Origin: Candidatus Bathyarchaeota archaeon
Lineage (GTDB): Archaea > Thermoproteota > Bathyarchaeia > Bathyarchaeales > Bathycorpusculaceae
Assembly: GCA_963768425.1 (NCBI GenBank)
Contig: CAVYHV010000025.1
Coordinates: forward strand, 1-48,006
Reading direction: 5' to 3'
Length of the DNA stretch: 48,006 bases
Shown: one piece after another, positions 1 to 9,372 of the stretch
Position numbering within the stretch: the first letter of the stretch is position 1
Layout of the letters: every line of letters starts with the position of its first letter
The notes under the pieces: model-generated
Databases searched by the model: none
What the model saw: the letters and a program-made list of their open reading frames with translations, nothing else
What the model was told of the DNA's origin: nothing
Position numbers and translations under genes: made by a program

Positions 1-38
1 TGACATACGTGTCGCTGGAATCCCCACAAGGAAAGTAA
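1..38 (+). CDS. rpl3: 50S ribosomal protein uL3, C-terminal end (partial)
   Basis: Frame 3 reads TYVSLESPQGK*, like archaeal L3 C-termini; lies directly upstream of rpl4. Confidence 0.75.
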   Translation, partial: TYVSLESPQGK

Positions 39-50
39 GGTTGAAAAGTC

Positions 51-845
51 ATGCCAAAACAAAAAACAGCAAAAATCTTTGATCTACAAGGCGAATCAAC
101 AGGCAACATCACACTTCCAAGTGTTTTCTCTACACCTCTTCGACCTGACGTGATAAAACGTGCGGTTCTAGCAATTCAGTCAAGCAGGTTGCAGCCGCAA
201 GGCAGAGACCCGATGGCTGGAAAGCGAACAAGCGCCGAATCACGTGGAACAGGCAGTGCAACCGCAAGGGTTCCCCGCATAAAAGGCGGCAGTGGAAGAG
301 CAGCTTTTGCCCCAAGCACTGTTAAAGGAAGGCAGCCTCATCCTCCAAGAGCTGAAAAGAAAATTCTCAAAAGCATCCCGAAGAAAGAGGCAAAGTTAGC
401 GTTGTTTTCGGCGATTGCAGCAACCGCACAAAAAGAAACGGTAGCTTCACGCGGACACAAAATCGAAGCCGTTGCAGATATCCCACTCATAGTGGACAAC
501 GCAATCGAGGGCTTAACAAAGGCGAAAGAAGTCGAGGAAGCTCTGACAAAACTAGGCGTCTTAAGCGACATTACACGGGTTCGGAACAGCCGGAAAATCC
601 GCGCAGGCAAAGGCAAGCACAGAGGGCGAAAAATGAAGCAAGCCGTAGGACCCCTCATCGTAGTGGTTGACAATAAGGCGTTAGGTAACGCAGCAAGTAA
701 CGTTCCAGGCGTCCAAGTAACGACTGTTGCTAATCTTAACACTGAAATGTTAGCGCCAGGCACGCATCCAGGTCGATTAACCGTTTGGACAAATGGGGCA
801 ATCGAAAGCTTAGATAAACTCTACAGTAAAGGAGAAACCGAATAA
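51..845 (+). CDS. rpl4: 50S ribosomal protein uL4
   Basis: RPDVIKRAV, TSAESRGTG..ARVPR, LAPGTHPGRLTVWT motifs. Confidence 0.97.
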   Translation: MPKQKTAKIFDLQGESTGNITLPSVFSTPLRPDVIKRAVLAIQSSRLQPQGRDPMAGKRTSAESRGTGSATARVPRIKGGSGRAAFAPSTVKGRQPHPPRAEKKILKSIPKKEAKLALFSAIAATAQKETVASRGHKIEAVADIPLIVDNAIEGLTKAKEVEEALTKLGVLSDITRVRNSRKIRAGKGKHRGRKMKQAVGPLIVVVDNKALGNAASNVPGVQVTTVANLNTEMLAPGTHPGRLTVWTNGAIESLDKLYSKGETE

Positions 846-1105
846 TGGATATCAACGAAGTTATTTCTTACCCGTTAATGACGGAATCCGCCAGCGTAAT
901 GGTTGAGAAAGATAACAAACTCATATTTGTCGTGAACTTTAAAGCAGGAAAAAGCGACATAAAAAAAGCCGTTGAAGAACTCTACGAAGTCAAAGTGAAC
1001 AAGGTAAACCTGCTTATCACCCCACAAGGCGTCAAGAAAGCATTCGTGAAGTTGACCCCTGAATTCAAGGCTTCAGACGTCGCAATTAAACTAGGAATAT
1101 TGTAA
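845..1105 (+). CDS. rpl23: 50S ribosomal protein uL23
   Basis: YPLMTE...KKAFVKL; stop/start overlap (TAATG) with rpl4. Confidence 0.97.
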   Translation: MDINEVISYPLMTESASVMVEKDNKLIFVVNFKAGKSDIKKAVEELYEVKVNKVNLLITPQGVKKAFVKLTPEFKASDVAIKLGIL

Positions 1106-1125
1106 GCTAATTGGATGCATGATTT

Positions 1126-1866
1126 ATGGGAAAACGTATTCGTGTTCAGAGACGCGGTCGCGGCGGACGAAACTGGCGAGCTTCTACTCATAAACGAGTC
1201 GCTCCAGCAAAGTACCCTGCGATAACGCCTAAAGAATCCTTTGACGGTTCACTATCTGGAACAATCCAAGCTCTTATGCATGACCCAGGCAGAGGATCAC
1301 CTCTCTCATTGGTGAAATTTGAGAACGGTTTGTCCTTTTACACAATCACGCCTGAAGGTGTCTTCACCGGACAACAAATTAGCTATGGTGGAAAAGCTCC
1401 AGCCGAAATAGGCAACATCGTGTCATTGGGAAAGATACCTGAAGGAACCATAGTTTGCGGTTTAGAGCTGCGTCCAGGTGATGGAGGCAAAATGGCAAAG
1501 TCCTCAGGTGCCTACGCCACCGTTGTCGGTCACACTCCGCAAGGCACAATGGTAAGGCTACCTTCGGGAAGAACAAGGTATGTTGATGATTATTGCTTAG
1601 CAACGGTGGGAGTGGTTTCCGCTTCCGGAAGAATCGAGAAACCGTTCCTGAAAGCAGGCGAAAAATTCCATCTAATGAAAGCTAAAGGCCACAAGTATCC
1701 GAGAACCAGCGGACGCAAAATGGTTCCAGCCGTTCACCCCTACGGAAGCAGCAAACGAAGCTCTCGCAGATGCACAACAACTTCGCATGGCGCTCCACCA
1801 GGACAGAAAGTTGGTTTGATAGCGGCAAGAGGACCAGGACAAAAGAAGAAACGCGCAATCCGCTAA
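1126..1866 (+). CDS. rpl2: 50S ribosomal protein uL2
   Basis: MGKRIRVQRRGRG, HDPGR, LPSG, PPGQKVGLIAAR. Confidence 0.97.
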   Translation: MGKRIRVQRRGRGGRNWRASTHKRVAPAKYPAITPKESFDGSLSGTIQALMHDPGRGSPLSLVKFENGLSFYTITPEGVFTGQQISYGGKAPAEIGNIVSLGKIPEGTIVCGLELRPGDGGKMAKSSGAYATVVGHTPQGTMVRLPSGRTRYVDDYCLATVGVVSASGRIEKPFLKAGEKFHLMKAKGHKYPRTSGRKMVPAVHPYGSSKRSSRRCTTTSHGAPPGQKVGLIAARGPGQKKKRAIR

Positions 1867-1919
1867 AAATGGACAGAAGGTTTATAGCGTTTAGAAAGAG
1901 TTTAAGGTGAAGATGAAAA

Positions 1920-2324
1920 ATGCCGAAAGAATTTAGTTACCGCGGACACAACTTGACCAGTTTGACAGGAATGTCTATGGATGAATTCATAAACCTGCTT
2001 CCTTCAAGACAAAGAAGAAGTCTGCAGCGCGGGTTAACAGCTGAACAACGCATATTGCTCGAAAAGCTTCGTGAAGCTAAAGAGGCGCAGAAACAAGGCA
2101 AAGAAGTCAACCTTAAAACCCATGTTCGAGATCTCATAATTCTGCCTGAAATGGTCGGCGTCAAAATCCAGATACACAACGGCAAAGAATTTGTTGCGGT
2201 CGAAGTGAAGCCTGAAATGATTGGGCACTACACGGGCGAGTTCGCAATTACTAACAAGCCTGTTAGGCATGGAACTCCAGGTATCGGCGCATCGCGGTCA
2301 TCAATGTACGTGCCGCTCAAATAA
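1920..2324 (+). CDS. rps19: 30S ribosomal protein uS19
   Basis: [31 protein letters not shown]. Confidence 0.97.
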   Translation: MPKEFSYRGHNLTSLTGMSMDEFINLLPSRQRRSLQRGLTAEQRILLEKLREAKEAQKQGKEVNLKTHVRDLIILPEMVGVKIQIHNGKEFVAVEVKPEMIGHYTGEFAITNKPVRHGTPGIGASRSSMYVPLK

Positions 2325-2477
2325 GCCACTCCTTTCCCATTCTAATTTGTTCTTTTGAGTCCTTCGGGACGAGACTTTAACTGACTTAAATGGAGATCTC
2401 ACTGTTTTCGGTTATTCTTTGTCGTTCCATTTGGGGAAAATTAGGAAGGGTTAAAAGGCAATTTTTACTAGTCTTCC

Positions 2478-3992
2478 TTGAGGATTTTTGGTTTGTTTTG
2501 TCAGCAGACAAGGTGGTCGCGTCTGTTCAATGTAAGTCTGAGCGTTAACGGACAAGATGTAGTTCTCGTTTTTCCAGGCAAACTGAATGCTCCAGATCCC
2601 CAGGTTCCGCTCGCTCTATTGTACATTGCCGCTTCCCTGCGTCAAGAAGGCTTTAAAGCGCGAATTCTTGATATGCGTCTTGAAGATTACCGCAGTTTCG
2701 AAATCGGAACCCCCGTTTTCGTCGGTATAAGCTGCATGAGCGGGTTACAAATCAAATATGCCTTAGAGTTCGCGGAGTACGTGAGAAAGCAAAACCCGAG
2801 TTGCCCGATTGTCTGGGGCGGGGTCCACGCAACGTTGTTACCTGAGCAAACGGCACGCAACAGTTACGTAGACATTGTGGTCCGCGGGGAAGGGGAACTC
2901 ATAGTCAAAGACTTGGCGAACGCGCTTGCGTCACACAAACCTCTTGATAACGTTTTAGGTATAACTTACCGTTCTGGTAGGGTGATCAGAAGCAATCCTG
3001 ATGGCAAAGTAATTGATTTAGATAGAATACCTGTCGATTTACCTTATGACCTTCTGAAAATGAAGCGGTACCCTTCAGTAAAATCAGGCAGATTCCATAT
3101 ACAGACAAGCAGGGGATGCCCACACAGATGCGGCTTTTGCTACAACAGCTTGTTCAACAAAAACAAGTGGCGAGCGAAAAGTGCCGAGCGTGTTCTCGAC
3201 GAAATAGAGTACATACTGGTAAAGTTTCCTCAGGTCAAAATAATAGATCCGATTGACGACAACTTTTTCGTGGATGAAGATCGGGTCAAGCAAATTTGTA
3301 ACGGCATTTTAGATCGGAAACTTGACGTTCAATGGCGAGCTAATTGCCGATTTGACTACTTGTCAACGTATGACAAGTGGTTCCTTGAACTTTTGGAGAA
3401 GTCAGGATGCGTCGAGCTTGATTTTGGGGGCGAATCAGGTTCAGAGCATCTGCAAGAGCTCATCTGCAAAGACGTTACAGCAGAACAAATGGTGCAATCG
3501 GTTGAGAATCTTAAGCGTTGGGCGCCGTCGATTGAGCCTTATGTTTCGTGGATGAGTGGTTTACCTGGAGAGACTGATGAGGATTTGAACCGAACGTTTG
3601 ATTTAATGGATAAAATGTCCAAGGTGAACCCGAAAACTCAGCACTATGGGGTATTTGTCTACACGCCTTTTCCAAGCCCGCTGACCAACACCTTATCCGC
3701 AGAGTTTTTGCCGCCGCGGTCGCTTGAAGATTGGGGAAGGATCCACGTTTTTCATTTTGACCCGCCTTGGCACAGCAATGCGCAAGTGGCAAGGTTGCAT
3801 ACGATTTCAGCTGTCACACGTCTCGCTTTTTTTCCTCAGGCAAGAATAAAAGAACGTGCTTCGGTCTACAAAATTGCCTACACGGTGATGAACAGGATTG
3901 AGAAGTTCCGTTGGAAACACAGATACTTTGGGTTCCCCGTGGAACTAATAATTGTAGATTTCGTTGCGCGGAGAACCAAAGGGTTTCTATAG
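2478..3992 (+). CDS. Cobalamin-binding radical SAM protein (start uncertain)
   Basis: N-terminal B12-binding region (PLALLYIAA, WGGVHAT, VRGEGE) and SRGCPHRCGFC (CxxxCxxC). Confidence 0.9.
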   Translation: MRIFGLFCQQTRWSRLFNVSLSVNGQDVVLVFPGKLNAPDPQVPLALLYIAASLRQEGFKARILDMRLEDYRSFEIGTPVFVGISCMSGLQIKYALEFAEYVRKQNPSCPIVWGGVHATLLPEQTARNSYVDIVVRGEGELIVKDLANALASHKPLDNVLGITYRSGRVIRSNPDGKVIDLDRIPVDLPYDLLKMKRYPSVKSGRFHIQTSRGCPHRCGFCYNSLFNKNKWRAKSAERVLDEIEYILVKFPQVKIIDPIDDNFFVDEDRVKQICNGILDRKLDVQWRANCRFDYLSTYDKWFLELLEKSGCVELDFGGESGSEHLQELICKDVTAEQMVQSVENLKRWAPSIEPYVSWMSGLPGETDEDLNRTFDLMDKMSKVNPKTQHYGVFVYTPFPSPLTNTLSAEFLPPRSLEDWGRIHVFHFDPPWHSNAQVARLHTISAVTRLAFFPQARIKERASVYKIAYTVMNRIEKFRWKHRYFGFPVELIIVDFVARRTKGFL

Positions 3993-3999
3993 CATGCGT

Positions 4000-4428
4000 T
4001 TATGCGCTGTAGTCTCTTCCTTCTGGCTTGGAGCTTGGCGGTTTTCCAGATTCAGCTATTTGAGGCAGAGGAATAGGCGGCGGAATATTCAATATTCTTG
4101 ATATTAGCACCGACTCGACAAAGACAACGTTTGATATTGACTGGATTATAATTTGTGCTGGCGGCTTCTTCTGGTCGTAATCTTTCAGGACCTTGTCGAC
4201 TTCGGCTTTTTCGCCTGCTACATAGGCGTTTCCTTTGAGGCTCAACTGAGCTATCGAAGGGTTAAAGGTGATTGAGAGAACAAACGGCACTTCCAAGGAG
4301 TCATCTTGCTTCTTTTCCATTCCAACTACGTTGATGTTGGTGTTAATTTGAATCGGAGGAATGGGCTTCCGCATATCCCAAAAACGTTCAGCAGAAATGC
4401 TCGTTATTACAACGTTAACTCTAAGCAT
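4000..4428 (-). CDS. Conserved archaeal hypothetical protein, possibly SecB-like fold
   Basis: 142 aa; beta-strand pattern followed by helices and a PPPIPLP C-terminal motif. Confidence 0.7.
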   Translation of the reverse strand: MLRVNVVITSISAERFWDMRKPIPPIQINTNINVVGMEKKQDDSLEVPFVLSITFNPSIAQLSLKGNAYVAGEKAEVDKVLKDYDQKKPPAQIIIQSISNVVFVESVLISRILNIPPPIPLPQIAESGKPPSSKPEGRDYSA

Positions 4429-4474
4429 TATGGGTCATCAGAAGCTAAACGTACAAGCTGGGATTTAAAACTGC

Positions 4475-4753
4475 TTATTTCTGCTTATACCTGGTGAATC
4501 CGCAGTGACCGCAAGTATACCTGTCATGGTGATCTGCCATGAAGTATCCCGGTCCGCACCGCTCGCAAGTTGGGCGTGCTCTGGAGACTTTGTCGCCTTC
4601 TACTTTGTACATCGCGTGGACTCCCTTTTCCTCTTTGTGCTTCTTTTCTCTTTTTCCTTTTTCAGCTTTCTTTGCCGGCGCTGCTCCTTCTGGCGCTACA
4701 GCGGGTGCTGCTGGTGGCTCTTCTTTCTTCGCTACTGGTGGTTTCTTGGACAC
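4475..4753 (-). CDS. rps27ae: 30S ribosomal protein eS31 (S27ae) with Ala/Pro/Lys-rich N-terminal extension
   Basis: CERCGPGYFMADHHDRYTCGHCG zinc finger; follows rps24e. Confidence 0.95.
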   Translation of the reverse strand: MSKKPPVAKKEEPPAAPAVAPEGAAPAKKAEKGKREKKHKEEKGVHAMYKVEGDKVSRARPTCERCGPGYFMADHHDRYTCGHCGFTRYKQK

Positions 4754-5064
4754 TATGCAGTCGCCTCTTCTTTGGGTTTCTCAGGTGGACTGTTACGTTT
4801 CCTGATGTATTCAGGCTCAACTATTTTAGCTTGTTTAACTTGTTGGTAGACGTTAGCCTCTCCCTGGGTAATGTTAGTTCCAGTTTTTGTATGCATCCTC
4901 TTAATGAAAACGACCTCGTCCCCGATTTTCATTTCCATGGCTAAAGCTTTTCTAACTTCCAGCCTCTGAGGTGTTTTCTCTTTGGGACCTTGAATTATGG
5001 TGAAGCCTACTTCTTTTCGCTTTAGAAGCGGGTTATCCTTGGTTGACTCTACTCTTATCTGCAT
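4753..5064 (-). CDS. rps24e: 30S ribosomal protein eS24
   Basis: NPLLKRKEV, TPQR, EPEYIRKRN. Confidence 0.95.
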   Translation of the reverse strand: MQIRVESTKDNPLLKRKEVGFTIIQGPKEKTPQRLEVRKALAMEMKIGDEVVFIKRMHTKTGTNITQGEANVYQQVKQAKIVEPEYIRKRNSPPEKPKEEATA

Positions 5065-5088
5065 AAATATTCACTTGAAGCGTTTAGT

Positions 5089-5641
5089 TCAAACAGTTTT
5101 CTTCCTATTTAGCTTTTCGAAGATTTCCATGGTTTTTAGGAATTTTTTAACCTCAGCTTTTTTCTGCGGAGTAACCTTAACAACCACGATGCCCTTGTAG
5201 GGTTGCCCATAAACCACTACGGAGTTTTTCGGTGCATACAAAACTGCGATAAGGGTCAGCAGATCTTCTTCTCCGTCGATGACAATGTGCGTGTGCTCAT
5301 TTTTATTTATCGCTAGCCTAATCGCTTGGGCTGCTCCCTTGGTTATCGTTCCCTGCGGGTTAGTGACGCAAACAGTTTTTTCTACGCTTACATTTTCCGG
5401 TATCGCTTGGCTTCTTAGCGATTTATTATCGATAATCGTGAGTTGCGGGTGAATGCCATATTTGTGAAGGTTCAGAGATACAACGTCCCCCACTGAAATC
5501 AGTTTAGGCGGCCATTTCTTCTTCCATTATTTTTTTCATTCTATTCATTGTTTCGTCAAATGTGCCTTGAATAAGGGTGCCAAATGGCTCTTTAAGTTTT
5601 ATTCGGAGTTCGGGCGTTATTGCATACTTTATAGACATCAT
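5089..5641 (-). CDS. GTP-dependent dephospho-CoA kinase (DUF359), split by a +1 frameshift near 5510-5525
   Basis: 5' part MMSIKYAITPELRIKLKEPFGTL from 5641; 3' part ISVGDVVS...IDGEEDLL...VYGQP; conserved position between spt4 and rps24e. Confidence 0.85.
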
Positions 5642-5702
5642 TTCAACCCTTGTGGCCCAAAAAATTAGGGTCGGCACGTGTTAACTTGTACCTTAAAATT
5701 GC

Positions 5703-5894
5703 TCAGCGTACTTTTAACGCGTATCTGCCTTTCTCTTTGATGTTCATTGCTTTTGCAATAGCGGAGTTGTCAGGGTCAAACATCACCACTAATCCGCTGT
5801 AGTCTTCGCTGAAACTTGTCGACCGACATTTCGGGCAAACGTTTTCCTTAGTTATAAAATGACAGTTAGTGCATGCTTTTTCACTCAATTCCAC
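5703..5894 (-). CDS. spt4: Transcription elongation factor Spt4 (RpoE'')
   Basis: ACTNCH..CPKC, SAIAKAM, GRYALKVR. Confidence 0.95.
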   Translation of the reverse strand: MELSEKACTNCHFITKENVCPKCRSTSFSEDYSGLVVMFDPDNSAIAKAMNIKEKGRYALKVR

Positions 5895-5902
5895 TCACTC
5901 CT

Positions 5903-6490
5903 CTACTCTGCTTTTTCTTTGGTTTCAGCCTGTTTCTTTTCAGATGGAGCTCCAAGAGGCTCCTTTAGCCATTCAAGTTTGCCTAGAAATGGCTGTCTGG
6001 CTGTGACACCGATTTTTCCTGAACTTCCAGCTCGTCCAAGCGAAACCGCGGTTATTCTAACGCGGACTTGATCCCCTGCTGATAGTTTTCTTTTGCTTTC
6101 TTTCCCAAGAAGAATTCCCTGTTTCTCGTCGTAGGAAATGTAGTCATCCATGAGTTGGGAAACGTGAAGTAACGCGTCCACTGGTCCTATTCGCAGGAAC
6201 GCTCCAAAATCTGCTATTTCAACCACATCCCCCTCGACGACTTCCTGAATGACTGGGTAGAATGTTAGAAGGGAGAATGATACTTTATGGTAGGTTGCTC
6301 CGTCGCCCGGAATTATCTTTCCGATAGGACTCACTTCTATGCTTGACACGGCAATTACATATCCTAATTCCTCGTCAACCACGCCTTCATATTTCTGCTT
6401 TACCTGTTCACGGCCCACTTTTTCCAGAGGGTTGCCAAAAGTTTCTGGAGGAATGCGGATAGTGTCCTGAAGAGTTATGAGTTTAAACAT
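5903..6490 (-). CDS. rpoE1: RNA polymerase subunit Rpo7 (E')
   Basis: IRIPP, GKIIPGDGA, S1 domain DALLHVSQ, RQPFLGKLEW. Confidence 0.96.
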   Translation of the reverse strand: MFKLITLQDTIRIPPETFGNPLEKVGREQVKQKYEGVVDEELGYVIAVSSIEVSPIGKIIPGDGATYHKVSFSLLTFYPVIQEVVEGDVVEIADFGAFLRIGPVDALLHVSQLMDDYISYDEKQGILLGKESKRKLSAGDQVRVRITAVSLGRAGSSGKIGVTARQPFLGKLEWLKEPLGAPSEKKQAETKEKAE

Positions 6491-6492
6491 AG

Positions 6493-6915
6493 TTATGTCA
6501 ATCCGTCAATATCTAGGCGCGATTTTTGTCTCACATAAATCACTGGCACACTTATATCTTTTAGCCTCTTCCGTAGTTGTCTGTCATTGGTAAACACTGT
6601 GGAATTCCAAGCCTTAGAAACTTTGATTATGACATCATCAGTTGACAAGTTCTCAGAGTTTTCCACAGCTACACAATTGCATTTCTCGGATAGCTTCAAT
6701 GCGTAAGCGGCTTCTTTTCGTATTTTAGGCGAGTCCTTGGCTGCAAGTAACTCAAGCTCATTCTTAACGGGTGAGAGTAAAACAAATTCGATGTTTCTGT
6801 TTAGGAGACGTTTAGCTTCTTCAAAAATGTCGATTTTCAATTCTAGCTGGGCAAAAAGCGCGTTTGAATCTAAAATAACCTTTAGCGGTTCCTTTGGCTT
6901 AAGTGAACTTGGCAA
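6493..6915 (-). CDS. PIN-domain protein (Fcf1/Utp24-like)
   Basis: VILDSNAL, DDVII, FTND motifs; upstream of rpoE1 as in many archaea. Confidence 0.88.
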   Translation of the reverse strand: MPSSLKPKEPLKVILDSNALFAQLELKIDIFEEAKRLLNRNIEFVLLSPVKNELELLAAKDSPKIRKEAAYALKLSEKCNCVAVENSENLSTDDVIIKVSKAWNSTVFTNDRQLRKRLKDISVPVIYVRQKSRLDIDGLT

Positions 6916-7071
6916 TTTTGCGCTTCTCCTGTTTCCTTGAAAAGATTTGTTTTGCTTGCTTAAACATTTTGTTTATGGCCCTTTCCTGGGTAAGGTTTTG
7001 GATCAGCCCTGAATTAGCCATTAATTTAAATACCTTGAACAAAATGATTTGTGCAGCGGTTAGGTGAATGT

Positions 7072-7509
7072 ATGCTTCGCGAGAAATCCTGTGGCGCAGT
7101 TGTTTTCGTGAGAAAAGATGGTGTCGCAAAATATCTTCTTTTGAATTACGCTGCTGGGCACTGGGATTTCGTTAAGGGCAATGTTGAAGCTAACGAAAGC
7201 GAGCAACAGACGGTTATCCGTGAATTACAAGAGGAAACAGGCATAACCGGGGCACAGTTCATAGACGGTTTCAGGGAAGATATCACTTACTTTTATAGGC
7301 GACAAGGCTTGACCATCCATAAAGAGGTTGTTTTCTTTGTCATGGAAGCATTCACTGACAAGGTAGAGTTGTCTTTTGAACATGTGGGCTACGTTTGGCT
7401 GGATTACAGGCGTGCAACCGAGAAATTGACTTTTAAGAACTCCAAAGACGTGTTGCAAAAGGCGCATGAATTCCTTAGGACAAAAGGAATAATACAACCC
7501 GTAGAATGA
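7072..7509 (+). CDS. NUDIX hydrolase, Ap4A-hydrolase-like
   Basis: EKSCGAVVF, GHWDFVKG..E...RELQEETG Nudix box, LSFEH; GGTGA upstream of ATG 7072. Confidence 0.9.
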   Translation: MLREKSCGAVVFVRKDGVAKYLLLNYAAGHWDFVKGNVEANESEQQTVIRELQEETGITGAQFIDGFREDITYFYRRQGLTIHKEVVFFVMEAFTDKVELSFEHVGYVWLDYRRATEKLTFKNSKDVLQKAHEFLRTKGIIQPVE

Positions 7510-7514
7510 TTTGC

Positions 7515-8768
7515 CTACTTTGCGAGTATGAGACCGTGCCCAATCAATCTCCAGCGGGCTGTGATCTTTCTGCTTATGGCAACTCTTGAACCTGGCAGCG
7601 CACAGATCGGTCTAGTCAGCTTCACTTTTATGACGTTTTGTTTTATGCTGATGATTTTGCCAACGTTCACTGCTGCTCCAATGTGAAGTAAAAGTGTCTC
7701 GTCAGGGTTAAATTTCTCAACTTTAAGTAGCTCTTTTGTTCCTACTGCCCGTTCTAGTACGTGGGTTTCTAAGGTAATTTCCGTTAGTGTTGGCGGTAGC
7801 ATTCCAACTTTTCCCGCTATGCTTCCTGTTAAGCCGTCTGCTTTCGAGTAAGATGGGTCGAGCAGGGTTCCTACCCCGACTAGTCCTCCACATGTGGCTT
7901 CTTTGACGCTTTGCTCGCCCGCGTGTAAGCTGACTATTTCGCTGATGAGAGGGTCGTAGAATGTTCTGCCTTCTCTTTCAACGCTGATTCCGGGGCGAAT
8001 TTCTATTTCTTCCCCCACGACGAATTTCCCCTGAGCGATTGTTCCGCCGATAATGCCGCCTTCGAGATCTTCGATGGTGTTTCCTGGTTTGTTGACGTCG
8101 AAGGAGCGGATTACGTACATGAGCGGAGGTTTGGTTTCGTCTCTTTTGGGCGTTGGAATGATTGTTTCGATGGCGGTAAGCAGTACGTCGATGTTTATGC
8201 CTCTTTGTGCAGAGATTGGGATAATTGGTGCTTTTTCAGCTACTGTTCCTTTGATAAAGTTTTTGATTTCTTTGTAGCTTTCCAGTGCTCTTTTCTCGTC
8301 AACAATGTCAATCTTATTCTGTACGATAATCAAGTTTTTTATACCGCTAACCTCTGCGGCTGCGAGGTGTTCACGTGTCTGCGGTTGAGGACACGGTTCG
8401 TCTGCTGCAATAACAAGGATTGCGCCGTCCATAATTGCTGCGCCGCTGAGCATGGTGGCCATCAACGCTTCGTGCCCAGGTGCATCGACAAAGCTAATGG
8501 CTCGGACAAATTCTGCGGGTGAGTTGCATTTTTCGCAAATTGGTTTATGAGAGTAATTGTTTGGTGGTTGGCATTTGGGACATTTGTAGATCGGCATGTC
8601 GGCGTAGCCGAGTTTGATTGTGATGCCTCTTTTGAGTTCCTCGCTGTGTCTAGAAGCCCAAGTGCCTGTTAATGCTTGCACCAAAGTTGTCTTGCCATGA
8701 TCTACGTCGCCTATTGTCCCAACGTTAACTTCTGGCTGCTTAGGCAGGGCTTTTCTCTCGTCGCTCAT
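7515..8768 (-). CDS. eif2g: Translation initiation factor aIF2 subunit gamma
   Basis: QPEVNVGTIG.VDHGKTT, RGITIKLGY, DAPGHE, QNKID, WRLIG; start taken at MSDERK. Confidence 0.96.
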   Translation of the reverse strand: MSDERKALPKQPEVNVGTIGDVDHGKTTLVQALTGTWASRHSEELKRGITIKLGYADMPIYKCPKCQPPNNYSHKPICEKCNSPAEFVRAISFVDAPGHEALMATMLSGAAIMDGAILVIAADEPCPQPQTREHLAAAEVSGIKNLIIVQNKIDIVDEKRALESYKEIKNFIKGTVAEKAPIIPISAQRGINIDVLLTAIETIIPTPKRDETKPPLMYVIRSFDVNKPGNTIEDLEGGIIGGTIAQGKFVVGEEIEIRPGISVEREGRTFYDPLISEIVSLHAGEQSVKEATCGGLVGVGTLLDPSYSKADGLTGSIAGKVGMLPPTLTEITLETHVLERAVGTKELLKVEKFNPDETLLLHIGAAVNVGKIISIKQNVIKVKLTRPICALPGSRVAISRKITARWRLIGHGLILAK

Positions 8769-8873
8769 GTTTTTCTCTTCTCTAAATAAACGTAATGAAC
8801 TATGAAAGAACCATGGAAGTTTATAAGGTTTAAGCACGCAGTCTTCTAAACTGCTGCTTATTTTGCGGGTTGC

Positions 8874-9251
8874 TTAAGCTTTGGCTTCAGCGGCTTTTGC
8901 GCCAGGTTTCTCGACGATTTTCATGTTTATCTGCACAATTTCGTCTGTTATTGTGCTGCCACGGACTGTTTTGCGTTTTCTTTCTCCTTTTTTCTTCGGG
9001 GTGAAGCCTGCTCCGCCGCTAAGTACTACGTTTCTTCGGACTCCGCCGTGAACGTTTCCTCTTATGGGGACGCCGTCTCTGTCTGAGCCGCCAGTTATTA
9101 GAACTTTGTGTGCTGGCAGGTCGACTATTGAGCCGTCTATGGTTTCTCCGACTCTTCTACCGATGAATGGTGCCGCTCTTGCTTCTTCAAGTTCCACGAC
9201 TTTTGATGTTCCAGCCTCGGGGTCTGATACTATTATCTTGAATTTTGCCAT
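8874..9251 (-). CDS. rps6e: 30S ribosomal protein eS6
   Basis: MAKFKIIVSDP, ITGGSDRDG, GERKRKTVRG, QINMKI. Confidence 0.95.
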   Translation of the reverse strand: MAKFKIIVSDPEAGTSKVVELEEARAAPFIGRRVGETIDGSIVDLPAHKVLITGGSDRDGVPIRGNVHGGVRRNVVLSGGAGFTPKKKGERKRKTVRGSTITDEIVQINMKIVEKPGAKAAEAKA

Positions 9252-9372
9252 TTGCGGATTTACTCTCCAGCGGAGTATGAATTTGGGGTATCTCTCTATT
9301 AAGGATTTATACGGAAAACGCTTCTGTGCGGGCTTCTTTAAGGAAGTAAGTTTTGGGTAGGCAAAAGCTTTA

